From NCBI GenBank assembly GCA_947176075.1, contig CAMWPG010000001.1, positions 1 through 53,216 on the forward strand: DNA of 53,216 nucleotides, written 5' to 3'. Origin of the DNA: an uncultured Ruminococcus sp. Its GTDB lineage: Bacteria; Bacillota; Clostridia; Oscillospirales; Ruminococcaceae. The notes under the pieces were generated by a model. That model did no database searches, had not been told where the DNA came from, and worked only from the letters and a program-made list of their open reading frames with translations. Below, piece after piece: positions 8,375 to 17,876 of the stretch (positions are counted from its first letter, which is position 1; the number at the start of each line of letters is the position of its first letter). Position numbers and translations under genes: made by a program.

Positions 8375-9196
8375 TTGGGCGACAGAGAAAATATCAAAAA
8401 TTACGCTATAGGAGTTTTTGATTCCGGTATGGGCGGGCTTACAGCTGTGCAGGAGCTTAACAGGATACTGCCTAATGAGAATATAATTTATTTTGGAGAT
8501 ACTGCGAGGATTCCATATGGCAGCAGAAGTCGTGAAACTATACTAAGATATGCAAAAGAGGACGTTGCCTTTTTAAGACGGCATGAGATAAAAATGATAA
8601 TAGCTGCTTGCGGTACTGTCAGTTCAGTTGCTCTTAATAACCCCATAGTAACTGATATGCCTTTTACCGGAGTTATAGCTCCGGCTATTGAAGCTGCCTG
8701 CAAGGCAACGAAGAAAAAGAGAATAGGTATTATTGGAACACCGGCAACAATAAAAAGCGGCAGTTATATACACGCTATTGCCGATACTCATCCGGAGGTC
8801 ATGGTAGTTCCTCAGGCTTGTCCTTTGTTTGTTCATCTTGTAGAGAATGGCTATACTGATTTTAATAATCCGGTTACAAGGCTTGTTGCACAGGAGTATC
8901 TTACGCCTGTTAAAAATGAGAATGTTGACGTACTTATTTTAGGTTGCACGCATTATCCGGTAATATCGGAGCTTATAGGCGATATTATGGGTAAGGATGT
9001 TACCCTTATTTCCGCCGGTGCAGAGGCTGCAAAGTTTACAAAACAGTGCCTTATGAAGCAGGGACTTCTCAGCGACAGGAGCGAAAAGGGCAGGAATACT
9101 TATTACGTAAGCGACAGTACAGAAATGTTTGAAGAGAATGCGGTAAATTTTCTTCATGAAAATGTACACGGCGATGTGTTCAGAAGTAACTTCTGA
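8375..9196 (+). CDS. murI: Glutamate racemase
   Basis: FDSGMGG, PYG, ACGT, LGCTHY; TTG start after SD AAGGAG. Confidence 0.95.
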   Translation: MGDRENIKNYAIGVFDSGMGGLTAVQELNRILPNENIIYFGDTARIPYGSRSRETILRYAKEDVAFLRRHEIKMIIAACGTVSSVALNNPIVTDMPFTGVIAPAIEAACKATKKKRIGIIGTPATIKSGSYIHAIADTHPEVMVVPQACPLFVHLVENGYTDFNNPVTRLVAQEYLTPVKNENVDVLILGCTHYPVISELIGDIMGKDVTLISAGAEAAKFTKQCLMKQGLLSDRSEKGRNTYYVSDSTEMFEENAVNFLHENVHGDVFRSNF

Positions 9197-9212
9197 AAGA
9201 AAGGAGCGCAAA

Positions 9213-9641
9213 ATGAAACGTCAGGTTCAACTAAAGCTGCGCAGTATACTTGAAACAGACGGTGAGCGTTCTGAAACGGAGCTTCTTACTGACGGTACGA
9301 TGGAGCAAAATGGCAAAGATTTTGTTCTGAGCTATGAGGATTCAGATGCTACGGGTTTTGAAGGAGCAACCACAACGATCACGGCACAGGATAAAAATCT
9401 TGTGTCTATAGTTCGGTGCGGTACTGCTAATTCTAATCTTGTGATTGAAACAGGAAAGAAACATTACTGTCTGTATGGTACGCCATTTGGCGACATTACA
9501 GTTGGAATATTTACACATAAAATTGAAAACAGTCTGTCGGAAAACGGCGGCAGTCTGTATTTAAAATATACGATAGATGTAAATTCATCCTATATGTCTG
9601 ATAATGAGATATATCTGGACGTTATGGAAGCTAAATCGTAG
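9213..9641 (+). CDS. DUF1934 family protein
   Basis: YGTPFG motif in a beta-rich protein; usual position before argS. Confidence 0.75.
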   Translation: MKRQVQLKLRSILETDGERSETELLTDGTMEQNGKDFVLSYEDSDATGFEGATTTITAQDKNLVSIVRCGTANSNLVIETGKKHYCLYGTPFGDITVGIFTHKIENSLSENGGSLYLKYTIDVNSSYMSDNEIYLDVMEAKS

Positions 9642-9657
9642 AAAAGAGGAATGAAAA

Positions 9658-11349
9658 ATGGCAAACTGTATAAAGCTTGCATCAGACGAGCTTAATGAAC
9701 TGCTTCTTGATGCTGTAGGGCGTCTTGTAGCAGATGGCAAGGTGCCGTCAGAACCGATACCTGCATTTAAAATAGAGATACCGGCTGATAAGACACACGG
9801 AGACTTTGCAACAAATCTTGCTATGGCAAGCGCAAAGGCTTTTCGTATGCCTCCGAGGAATATAGCGGCGCTGATATGCGATGCGCTTGTTCTTGACGGA
9901 AGCTGCTTTGAACGTGCTGAAATAGCAGGACCGGGATTTATAAATCTGTTTCTCAGAAGAAAGTGGTTTTCAGGAGTAGTGGAAAACGTTCTTCTGGAAA
10001 ATGAAAATTATGGAAAAACTGATACCGGAAAAGGAAAACGTGCATTGGTAGAATTTGTTTCTGCAAATCCTACAGGTCCTATGCATGTTGGTAATGCGAG
10101 AGGCGGCGCACTGGGCGACAGCCTTGCTGAAATTCTTCTTTGGGCAGGCTATGATACACAGAGAGAATTTTATATAAATGATGCAGGCAATCAGATAGAA
10201 AAGTTTGCTACTTCTCTTGAGGTAAGGTATATGCAGCATTTTGATCCGGCGGTTGAAATGCCTGAGGATGCTTATCATGGCGCAGATATTACAGAACACG
10301 CTGAATGCTTTATCGCAGAGTATGGTGACCGCTATGTAAGTGTGCCTTCTAAGGAGAGAAGAGATGCACTTGTAAAATTTGCTCTTCCTAAAAATGTAGC
10401 AGGGCTTGAACGTGATTTGAAGAAATACAGGATTGTATATGACAACTGGTTCAGCGAGAGTACTCTTCATAAAAACGGAAGCGTAAAGAAAGTGGTTGAG
10501 CAGCTGACAGATCGAGGCTACACATATGAGCAGGATGGTGCAGTCTGGTTCAAGGCTACAGAATTTGGTGCGGACAAGGATTTCGTTCTCGTTCGTGCAA
10601 ATGGAATTCCCACTTATATAGTGCCGGATATTGCATATCATTATGATAAGCTTGTTACCAGAAGCTATGATAAAGCTATTGATATTTTAGGAGCAGATCA
10701 TCATGGATATGTACCAAGACTCAAAGCTGCTCTTACAGCTCTGGGTGCTCCTGCTGAGAAGCTTGACGTTGTGCTTATGCAGATGGTTATGCTCATGCGT
10801 GACGGCGAAGTGGTGAAGCTTTCCAAGAGAAGCGGTAAGGCTATCACGCTTGTAACGCTTTTGGAAGAAATACCGATAGATGCGGCGAGATTTTTCTTTA
10901 ATACACGAGAAGCAAATTCACACTTTGAGTTTGATCTTGACCTTGCAGTTGAAAAATCCTCTCAAAATCCGGTATACTATGTTCAGTATGCTCATGCAAG
11001 AATTTGCAGCATCATCCGCAATATAAAAGAGGAATCAGCAGAATGTGCAGTGTCAGATAAGCCTGCGCTTGATCTGCTTGACAAGCCTCAGGAAATTGAG
11101 CTTATACGTCATATTGCTGCCCTTCCGGTGGAAATTGATGCAGCAGCTAAGACATATGATCCGTCAAAGATAACAAAATATGCAGCTGAGCTTGCCAATC
11201 TTTTCCATAAGTTTTATGATTCATGCAGCGTAAAATATGCTGAAACTCCAGAGCTTATGCAGGCAAGACTTACTCTTTGCGATGCGGCAAGACAGACGCT
11301 GTGCAATACTATGAGAATTCTGAAAATAGATTGCCCTGAGAGAATGTAG
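9658..11349 (+). CDS. argS: Arginine--tRNA ligase
   Basis: EFVSANPTGPMHVG, GADHHGY, LSKRSG, YVQYAHAR. Confidence 0.97.
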   Translation: MANCIKLASDELNELLLDAVGRLVADGKVPSEPIPAFKIEIPADKTHGDFATNLAMASAKAFRMPPRNIAALICDALVLDGSCFERAEIAGPGFINLFLRRKWFSGVVENVLLENENYGKTDTGKGKRALVEFVSANPTGPMHVGNARGGALGDSLAEILLWAGYDTQREFYINDAGNQIEKFATSLEVRYMQHFDPAVEMPEDAYHGADITEHAECFIAEYGDRYVSVPSKERRDALVKFALPKNVAGLERDLKKYRIVYDNWFSESTLHKNGSVKKVVEQLTDRGYTYEQDGAVWFKATEFGADKDFVLVRANGIPTYIVPDIAYHYDKLVTRSYDKAIDILGADHHGYVPRLKAALTALGAPAEKLDVVLMQMVMLMRDGEVVKLSKRSGKAITLVTLLEEIPIDAARFFFNTREANSHFEFDLDLAVEKSSQNPVYYVQYAHARICSIIRNIKEESAECAVSDKPALDLLDKPQEIELIRHIAALPVEIDAAAKTYDPSKITKYAAELANLFHKFYDSCSVKYAETPELMQARLTLCDAARQTLCNTMRILKIDCPERM

Positions 11350-11586
11350 GAATAATGTGAGGCTGGAATGATTCTTTTATATTGATGATGTGTGAATGCA
11401 ATGAAATCAATGTAAAAAAATAAGATGCTGTTGTTAATTATCTTGAAACTTAACAAAAAATCTATATATTTTAGCCTCGAATGTGTTACAATTTATAGTA
11501 AGTTGATTCGCAGCCTTCAAAGGGTGCGGTGTGGATAAGTGTATAGCACCCGCCCAAAATGACAACAAAGTGAAAGGAAGTTTTTC

Positions 11587-12672
11587 ATGTCAAACAGATT
11601 ATTTCAGAGTCTTGTTCATCAGATGCGTGATACAATTGATGCTACTATCGGTATAGTAGACGATGCAGCTATAATAATCGCATGCAGTGACCTTACAAAG
11701 ATCGGCACTACAAATGAGTTTGTTTCGCTTGATTTGAGCGATGTTCATGACATATTTATCCGTGATGGATATACCTATAAGCCGTTTGGCTCACATACAA
11801 AGCCGGAGTATGCTGTATTTGTAGAGGGAACTGATGAAGCAGCGGCAAAATATGCAAATATCCTTGCTATTTCGCTTTATAATATTAAACAGTATTATGA
11901 CGAAAAGTATGACCGCAATAACTTTATAAAGAATGTTGTTCTTGACAATGTACTGCCGGGCGATATTGTTATTAAGGCACGTGAGCTTCACTTCAATGCG
12001 GAGGTGAGCCGTGTAGTTCTGCTTATACGCATCGTATCTGCAAATGAAGTATCTGCATACGATGTTATACAAAATTTGTTCCCGGATAAAAACAAAGATT
12101 TTGTATTTACCATTTCCGAATCTGACATTGTGCTTGTAAAGGAGATCAAGGGCAGTGTTGAGATAAAGGATCTGGAAAAGCTTGCCAGATCTATTGCCGA
12201 TACGCTCAGCAGTGAGTTCTATACTCGTGTAAATGTGGGAATCGGTACTATCGTGGGCAATGTCAAGGAGCTGTCACGTTCATTTAAGGAAGCGCAGATG
12301 GCTATTGAGGTAGGAAAGGTATTTGATACAAACGAGTCTATTATGAGCTATGATAATCTCGGTATTGCACGTCTTATCTATAATCTTCCGACTACACTCT
12401 GCGAGATTTTCCTCAAGGAAGTATTCAAGAGAGGAAGCATAGAGTCTCTTGACCATGAAACGCTGTTTACTATTCAGAAGTTTTTTGAAAATAATCTGAA
12501 TGTATCCGAAACTTCACGAAAGCTCTTTGTACACCGAAATACACTGGTTTATCGTCTTGAAAAGATCAAGAAGCTTACAGGTTTGGATCTGCGTGAATTC
12601 GATCATGCGATAATCTTTAAGATCGCACTTATGGTCAAGCGCTATCTGTCAGCAAATCCTGCAAAGTTCTGA
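11587..12672 (+). CDS. CdaR/PucR family transcriptional regulator
   Basis: C-terminal HTH NLNVSETSRKLFVHRNTLVYRLEKI. Confidence 0.9.
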   Translation: MSNRLFQSLVHQMRDTIDATIGIVDDAAIIIACSDLTKIGTTNEFVSLDLSDVHDIFIRDGYTYKPFGSHTKPEYAVFVEGTDEAAAKYANILAISLYNIKQYYDEKYDRNNFIKNVVLDNVLPGDIVIKARELHFNAEVSRVVLLIRIVSANEVSAYDVIQNLFPDKNKDFVFTISESDIVLVKEIKGSVEIKDLEKLARSIADTLSSEFYTRVNVGIGTIVGNVKELSRSFKEAQMAIEVGKVFDTNESIMSYDNLGIARLIYNLPTTLCEIFLKEVFKRGSIESLDHETLFTIQKFFENNLNVSETSRKLFVHRNTLVYRLEKIKKLTGLDLREFDHAIIFKIALMVKRYLSANPAKF

Positions 12673-12886
12673 TGATTTTTATTAAGAACTTGTCTTTATA
12701 AGTGAAATGTGCGGATTTTCGAGCATATTTTGCCGATGACAAGGCAAAAATCCGCAGCTGTACTTTGTGTACTGCAAGGATTTTTAACGCAGTCAGTGGA
12801 AAAATATGCCGAAAAGACGTACGCTTAGCTTGTGAAGACGAGTTCTAAGGCAGAAATTTATTCTGTGAAAGGAATTGTGGGCGGCA

Positions 12887-13576
12887 ATGATAGAAATGAG
12901 AGATGTTTCCGTCATCTACTCCGGAGGAGTAGATGCGCTGCATCATGTAAATCTTAAAATAAACGATGGTGACTTTGCCTTTGTAGTCGGTCCATCCGGC
13001 GCAGGCAAAAGCACCATGATAAAGCTTATTCTAAAGGAAATAAATCCGAGCAGTGGCTCTATTTATGTAAATGGCTATAATCTTAACAAGCTGCGCCGCC
13101 GCCGTATTCCGGCGCTGCGCAGAACTATAGGCTTTGTATTTCAGGATTTTCGTCTGATTCCGTCAATGACGGTTTATGAAAACATAGCCTTTGTTTTACG
13201 TGTAGTAGATGCTCCGCCGAAATACATAAAGAAACGTGTTCCATATGTTATCAATCTTGTAGGGCTGTCAGATAAGGCAAGGAGTTATCCTAACGAACTT
13301 TCAGGCGGAGAAATGCAGCGTGTAGCAATAGCACGTGCGCTTGTCAATGATCCTCAGCTTATAATAGCTGACGAGCCTACAGGAAACATTGACCCGGAGA
13401 TGTCCTATGAGATACTGGAGCTTCTCCAGAGCATCAATGAAATAGGTACGACTATCCTTATGGTAACTCATGAGCATAGTCTTGTGCGCCATTTTGGCGG
13501 CAGAATTATCAATATAAATCAAGGTGAGATAGTATTTGATGAAATTGTTGGAGGCAATCTTATAAATGAGAGCTAG
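12887..13576 (+). CDS. ftsE: Cell division ATP-binding protein FtsE
   Basis: GPSGAGKS, VFQDFRL, LSGGEMQR, DEPTGN; followed by ftsX. Confidence 0.93.
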   Translation: MIEMRDVSVIYSGGVDALHHVNLKINDGDFAFVVGPSGAGKSTMIKLILKEINPSSGSIYVNGYNLNKLRRRRIPALRRTIGFVFQDFRLIPSMTVYENIAFVLRVVDAPPKYIKKRVPYVINLVGLSDKARSYPNELSGGEMQRVAIARALVNDPQLIIADEPTGNIDPEMSYEILELLQSINEIGTTILMVTHEHSLVRHFGGRIININQGEIVFDEIVGGNLINES

Positions 13577-14471
13577 TGGTGTAAAATACCTGCTGGGCAA
13601 GGGAATTGAAAATATATGGAAAAACCGTATGATGGCGTTTGCATCATTTTGTGTATTGCTTATATCGCTGCTTTTGGTAGGACTTTCAGTTCTTGTTTCC
13701 ATAAATATTTCATCTATGATCGGCGGTGTCGAGGATAAAAACGAGGTAATTATCTATCTTCAGGAGAATGCAACCGATATGGAGATCAGCGAATTGTACG
13801 GAGCGCTTGTCCGTATGGATAATGTTGCTGAAGCGAAATTCTACTCTAAGGAGGATGCGTTTGATGATATGAAGGGCAATATGTCCGATTATCAGATGGT
13901 ATTCGATTCACTTGGTGAGGATAATCCCCTTTTAGATGCTTATCGCATAAGAGTTGAGGATATTGGAAGGATAAAAGATACGCTTGCACAGATAGATACG
14001 CTTGAGCATATTGAATCTGTAAGAGCCCCTATGGATTTTGTAAATATTCTTATGGAGCTTAGACAAATACTTACTATGGTCTGCGGAGTCATTATTCTTG
14101 CGCTTATTATTATATCGATAGTAATTATTGCAAATACAACTAAAGCAAGTGTGTTTGCACGCCGTGCAGAAATTCAGATCATGAAATATGTCGGTGCAAA
14201 CAATTTATTCATACGTATACCGTTTTTTGTCGAAGGCATGATAACAGGCTTCTTTGCTGGTCTTGTTGCGCTTGCCGTAACATGGCTAAGCTACGATGCA
14301 CTTGTAGAACTTCTGACACACGGTACAAATGTAATAGCGATTTTTGGTATGACAAGTATTGTACGATTTGAGGATGTTGCAATACCGGTTATCGCAGCTT
14401 ACCTTATAGCAGGTACTTTCTTTGGGGCATTGGGAACGGTATTTTCTACTCGTAAGCATTTGAATGTCTGA
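13566..14471 (+). CDS. ftsX: Cell division permease-like protein FtsX
   Basis: Four TM helices; ARRAEIQIMKYVGA and PFFVEG motifs. Confidence 0.92.
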   Translation: MRASGVKYLLGKGIENIWKNRMMAFASFCVLLISLLLVGLSVLVSINISSMIGGVEDKNEVIIYLQENATDMEISELYGALVRMDNVAEAKFYSKEDAFDDMKGNMSDYQMVFDSLGEDNPLLDAYRIRVEDIGRIKDTLAQIDTLEHIESVRAPMDFVNILMELRQILTMVCGVIILALIIISIVIIANTTKASVFARRAEIQIMKYVGANNLFIRIPFFVEGMITGFFAGLVALAVTWLSYDALVELLTHGTNVIAIFGMTSIVRFEDVAIPVIAAYLIAGTFFGALGTVFSTRKHLNV

Positions 14472-14502
14472 AAGGAGGCATTCCGCAGAAAGCGGACAAA
14501 TT

Positions 14503-16020
14503 ATGCAGAATAAAAGTTTATTACGTATAGCAAGCGCTGTACTTAGTGTTACGATTATTGCAGGAAGTGTCTATGGCAGATCATTTTGTCAAGATACACC
14601 TGTATTTGCGTGGGCTTCTTCTGAGCTTGAATCTCAGAAAAAGGAAAATGATGCACAGATAGCTGAAATGCAAAAGAAGCTTGATGACATAGGTAAGGAT
14701 CAGGCAAAAGCTGCTGACTATCAGGATACACTTACTGAAAAGATAGAGCTTCAGGAAGAGAACATTACTATAGTTGACGAGCAGCTTACAAGGATAGGCA
14801 AGGAGATAGAGGATACTCAAAAGGAGATCTCCGATACACAGGTAAAGATAGCCGATATGGAAACAGAGATATCTGCTGATCTTGTGGAATTTAAAAAGCG
14901 TATACGTGCAATGTATGTGAGCGGCAACAACAGTCTTGCATCTGCTCTTGTAGGGGCAACAGATTTCTTTGATTTTCTTTCTAAGTATGATCTTATTTCA
15001 AGAATCGCTAAACATGACAATGATCTTATAAATGGTTTGAAAGATCAGATAATTGAGCGTAACGAGAAAAAGGCACATCTTGAGGAAAAGGAAACTGAGC
15101 TAAGTGCTCAGCTTGAAGAGCATAAGGCGACAAGAAAAGAACTTAAAGATGCAATAGCGCAGCTTCAGGCTGATTTTGAGGAATCTGTTGAATATTCAAA
15201 TCTGCTTGAGGAAAAGCAGGCTCTTCTTAATGATGATATAGCAGATCTTGAAGCAGCAAATCTGGAGCTTGAAGAAGAGGATGCAAAAATTTTAGCAGCA
15301 ATTCTGGAGGCGGAGAGAATTCGTAAGGCTCAGGAGGCGGCAGCATTAACAGCTCCTGCCAAGCCAAGCTATAATCCAATTGTAACTACTGCTGCACAGC
15401 AAATGGTACAAACTCAACCGCCGGTACAGACACAGAAACCAGTTCAAACAACTCAGAAGCCTGTTCAGACAACGCAGAAACCAATTCAGACTCAATCAAC
15501 AACAGTTCAGACTACACAAGCTCCTGTACAGACTCAACCGCCTGTACAGACAACAGTTCAGACAACGACTCAGGCTACTGAACCCGATCCTACTCCGTCA
15601 TCTTACTTTGGTTGGCCTTGTCCGGGATTCCATACGCTGACAAGCGGCTTCGGTCCGAGATGGGGCACACATCACAGCGGAATCGATATTTCAAGCGGCG
15701 GCATAACAGGTGCAGCGGTAGCGGCATCTATGAGCGGAACTGTTATTTATGTAAATTCCGGATGCCCTCACGATTACGGAAAATCTTCAAGCTGCGGCTG
15801 CGGCGGCGGTTACGGAAATTATGTTATCGTACAGCACAGCAACGGATATTCAACGCTTTATGCTCATATGTCGTCTGTTGCAGTGTCAAATGGTCAGAGC
15901 GTTTCACAGGGACAGACATTGGGATATGTTGGATCTACAGGTTTTTCAACCGGTGCACATCTTCATTTTGAGGTGAGAGTAAACGGCAACAGAGTTGATC
16001 CTGAGCAGTATCTGTACTAA
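14503..16020 (+). CDS. Coiled-coil plus M23 peptidoglycan endopeptidase (FtsEX partner, EnvC/CwlO-like); alternative start 14464
   Basis: Signal peptide, long coiled coil, Q/T/P linker, HSGID and HLH zinc ligands. Confidence 0.88.
   Translation: MQNKSLLRIASAVLSVTIIAGSVYGRSFCQDTPVFAWASSELESQKKENDAQIAEMQKKLDDIGKDQAKAADYQDTLTEKIELQEENITIVDEQLTRIGKEIEDTQKEISDTQVKIADMETEISADLVEFKKRIRAMYVSGNNSLASALVGATDFFDFLSKYDLISRIAKHDNDLINGLKDQIIERNEKKAHLEEKETELSAQLEEHKATRKELKDAIAQLQADFEESVEYSNLLEEKQALLNDDIADLEAANLELEEEDAKILAAILEAERIRKAQEAAALTAPAKPSYNPIVTTAAQQMVQTQPPVQTQKPVQTTQKPVQTTQKPIQTQSTTVQTTQAPVQTQPPVQTTVQTTTQATEPDPTPSSYFGWPCPGFHTLTSGFGPRWGTHHSGIDISSGGITGAAVAASMSGTVIYVNSGCPHDYGKSSSCGCGGGYGNYVIVQHSNGYSTLYAHMSSVAVSNGQSVSQGQTLGYVGSTGFSTGAHLHFEVRVNGNRVDPEQYLY
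15406..15580 (+). repeat. Degenerate coding repeat VQT(T)Q(K/P/A)P, about 9 units
   Basis: VQTQPP VQTQKP VQTTQKP VQTTQKP IQTQSTT VQTTQAP VQTQPP VQTT VQTTTQ. Confidence 0.8.
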
Positions 16021-16065
16021 TAAATAATATACATATTTATAGAGTAAAACGTATAGAATAAATAG

Positions 16066-16098
16066 AAGGCAGGGGAACGGCATTAAGTCCTCTGCCTT
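16066..16098 (+). terminator. Stem-loop between the M23 gene and the S41 protease gene
   Basis: AAGGCAGGGGA/TCCTCTGCCTT stem with a short U-tract. Confidence 0.5.
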
Positions 16099-16119
16099 TG
16101 ATATTTTCACAGGAAAGGT

Positions 16120-17292
16120 GTGATAGGTGTGGAAAATGAACGCAAAATAAAGCTATTAACGTGTTTATTGGTTATAGTTACGGTGCTTTCAGCAGCTTTT
16201 GGATTTTTGCTTTTCAGAGAAAAAAGACTGCTTGAAAAAAAACTTGATGAGAACGCACAGATAATGGAGCTTGAAAAATATATAGATGATAATTATTATA
16301 AAGCGCCTGATAAGGAGGCGGTAATGAACGGGGCACTTAAAGGTTATGTAGCAGGTCTTGAAGATCCATATTCATCATATCTCACTGCTGATGAATACGA
16401 CGATTGGCAAAATGTAGAATCAGGCACAATGGTTGGTATAGGCGTAACAGTACAGGCAGATGAAGCAGGACTTTATGTGGTATCAGTGACAGAAGGTTCA
16501 CCGGCTTATACAAGCGGCATTCAGGAGGGTGATATCATCACTGAGGTAGAGGGAGAAAGTGTATCAGAGATCGGTTATGAAGAGGCAGTAGTACGTATAA
16601 AAGGAGAGAAAAATACGCAGACGGTTCTTACTATCAGAAGAAACGAAGAACTTTTGGAAATGTCTGTTATGAGAAGTGAGATAGAGGTCATCACTGTCAG
16701 CGGAACTATGCTTGAGGATAATACAGGCTACATCAGGATCTCTGCATTCAGGGAAAATACAGACGAACAGTTTATAAAGATATTTGATAAGCTGATCGCT
16801 GATGGCGCAGAGGGAATTATTTTCGATCTTAGAAATAATGGCGGCGGATTGCTGAATTCTTTGGAGAAGATTCTTGACCCGCTTTTGCCGGAAGGTATCA
16901 TAGCAACAGCTACCTATGGAAACGGCGATGTAAAAACAATAGTAGAATCGGATAATGTTGAAACCGATCTCCCTATGGCTGTTCTTGTAAACGGCAATAC
17001 CGCAAGTGCAGCGGAGCTTTTTGCTGCATCGCTCAGTGATTTTAACAAAGCTTTTCTTGTCGGAGAAACTACCTATGGAAAGGGAGTCATGCAATATACA
17101 GCTCCTGTTGCTGGAGGTGGACTGACTCTTACTGTTGCAACTTATCAGACAGTAAGAGGAGAGTGCTATCATAAGATCGGGATAACGCCTGATTATCAGG
17201 TGAGCCTTGCAGAGAATTTTAATCCTGATTTTGAAGCCCCTGATATAGAAAATGATGCACAGCTTAAAATTGCTTTTGAAAATTTAAAGTAA
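16120..17292 (+). CDS. S41 family carboxyl-terminal processing protease (CtpA-like, PDZ domain)
   Basis: DPYS, DLRNNGGG, TASAAE, TYGKG. Confidence 0.92.
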   Translation: MIGVENERKIKLLTCLLVIVTVLSAAFGFLLFREKRLLEKKLDENAQIMELEKYIDDNYYKAPDKEAVMNGALKGYVAGLEDPYSSYLTADEYDDWQNVESGTMVGIGVTVQADEAGLYVVSVTEGSPAYTSGIQEGDIITEVEGESVSEIGYEEAVVRIKGEKNTQTVLTIRRNEELLEMSVMRSEIEVITVSGTMLEDNTGYIRISAFRENTDEQFIKIFDKLIADGAEGIIFDLRNNGGGLLNSLEKILDPLLPEGIIATATYGNGDVKTIVESDNVETDLPMAVLVNGNTASAAELFAASLSDFNKAFLVGETTYGKGVMQYTAPVAGGGLTLTVATYQTVRGECYHKIGITPDYQVSLAENFNPDFEAPDIENDAQLKIAFENLK

Positions 17293-17402
17293 AAGTCAAG
17301 TCTATTTTTCAGTTTTCCTTTTAAATACTATTTACTTTTTTTCTAATATATGTTATAATAAGAATGCAGCAGAAATTTGAGTGTAAAGAAAGGATTGATA
17401 GA

Positions 17403-17858
17403 ATGACTTATGCTTTGATATTCTGGAGCGTGTTGCTTGTTTTATCCGTTGGCGTTGAAGTTGGTACACAGCAGCTTGTTTCGATATGGTTTGCAGCCGG
17501 AAGCCTTGGAGCAATTATCGCAGCTACGGTGGGCGGTTCGGAAATGGTACAATTGATTGTATTTGTTGCATTGTCATTTTTGCTTCTTATTTTCACAAGA
17601 CCTATACTTCGCAAGGTGTATAACTTTGAGATCAAAGATACAAATGCAAAAATAGATCTTGGAAAGAATGCCATTGTAATTCAGGAGATCGATCCGGTAA
17701 AAGGCACAGGAAGAGCAAGGCTTGGAGATTCTGAATGGATCGCAGTATCAGCTCAGAAGCTCGTGATCCCTGTTGGCTCTGTTGTAAAGGTTTGCGATAT
17801 TGACGGAGCAAAGCTTATAGTTGAGCTTGATTCGGAAAAACAAATTATTATAGGTTAA
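17403..17858 (+). CDS. NfeD family membrane protein
   Basis: TM helices plus C-terminal OB-fold G....W.A motif; adjacent to SPFH gene. Confidence 0.85.
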   Translation: MTYALIFWSVLLVLSVGVEVGTQQLVSIWFAAGSLGAIIAATVGGSEMVQLIVFVALSFLLLIFTRPILRKVYNFEIKDTNAKIDLGKNAIVIQEIDPVKGTGRARLGDSEWIAVSAQKLVIPVGSVVKVCDIDGAKLIVELDSEKQIIIG

Positions 17859-17876
17859 TTTTTGGAGGTATTTATT

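Noticed and set aside
11431..11456. TTGTTAA-N12-TTAACAA as a Rex operator
   Set aside because: Half-sites match the clostridial Rex motif but Rex needs a 4-nt spacer; another regulator's site is possible but unsupported
15406..15580. Tandem repeats as a CRISPR array or DGR/VNTR element
   Set aside because: In-frame, codon-degenerate linker repeats with no spacers and no cas or RT genes
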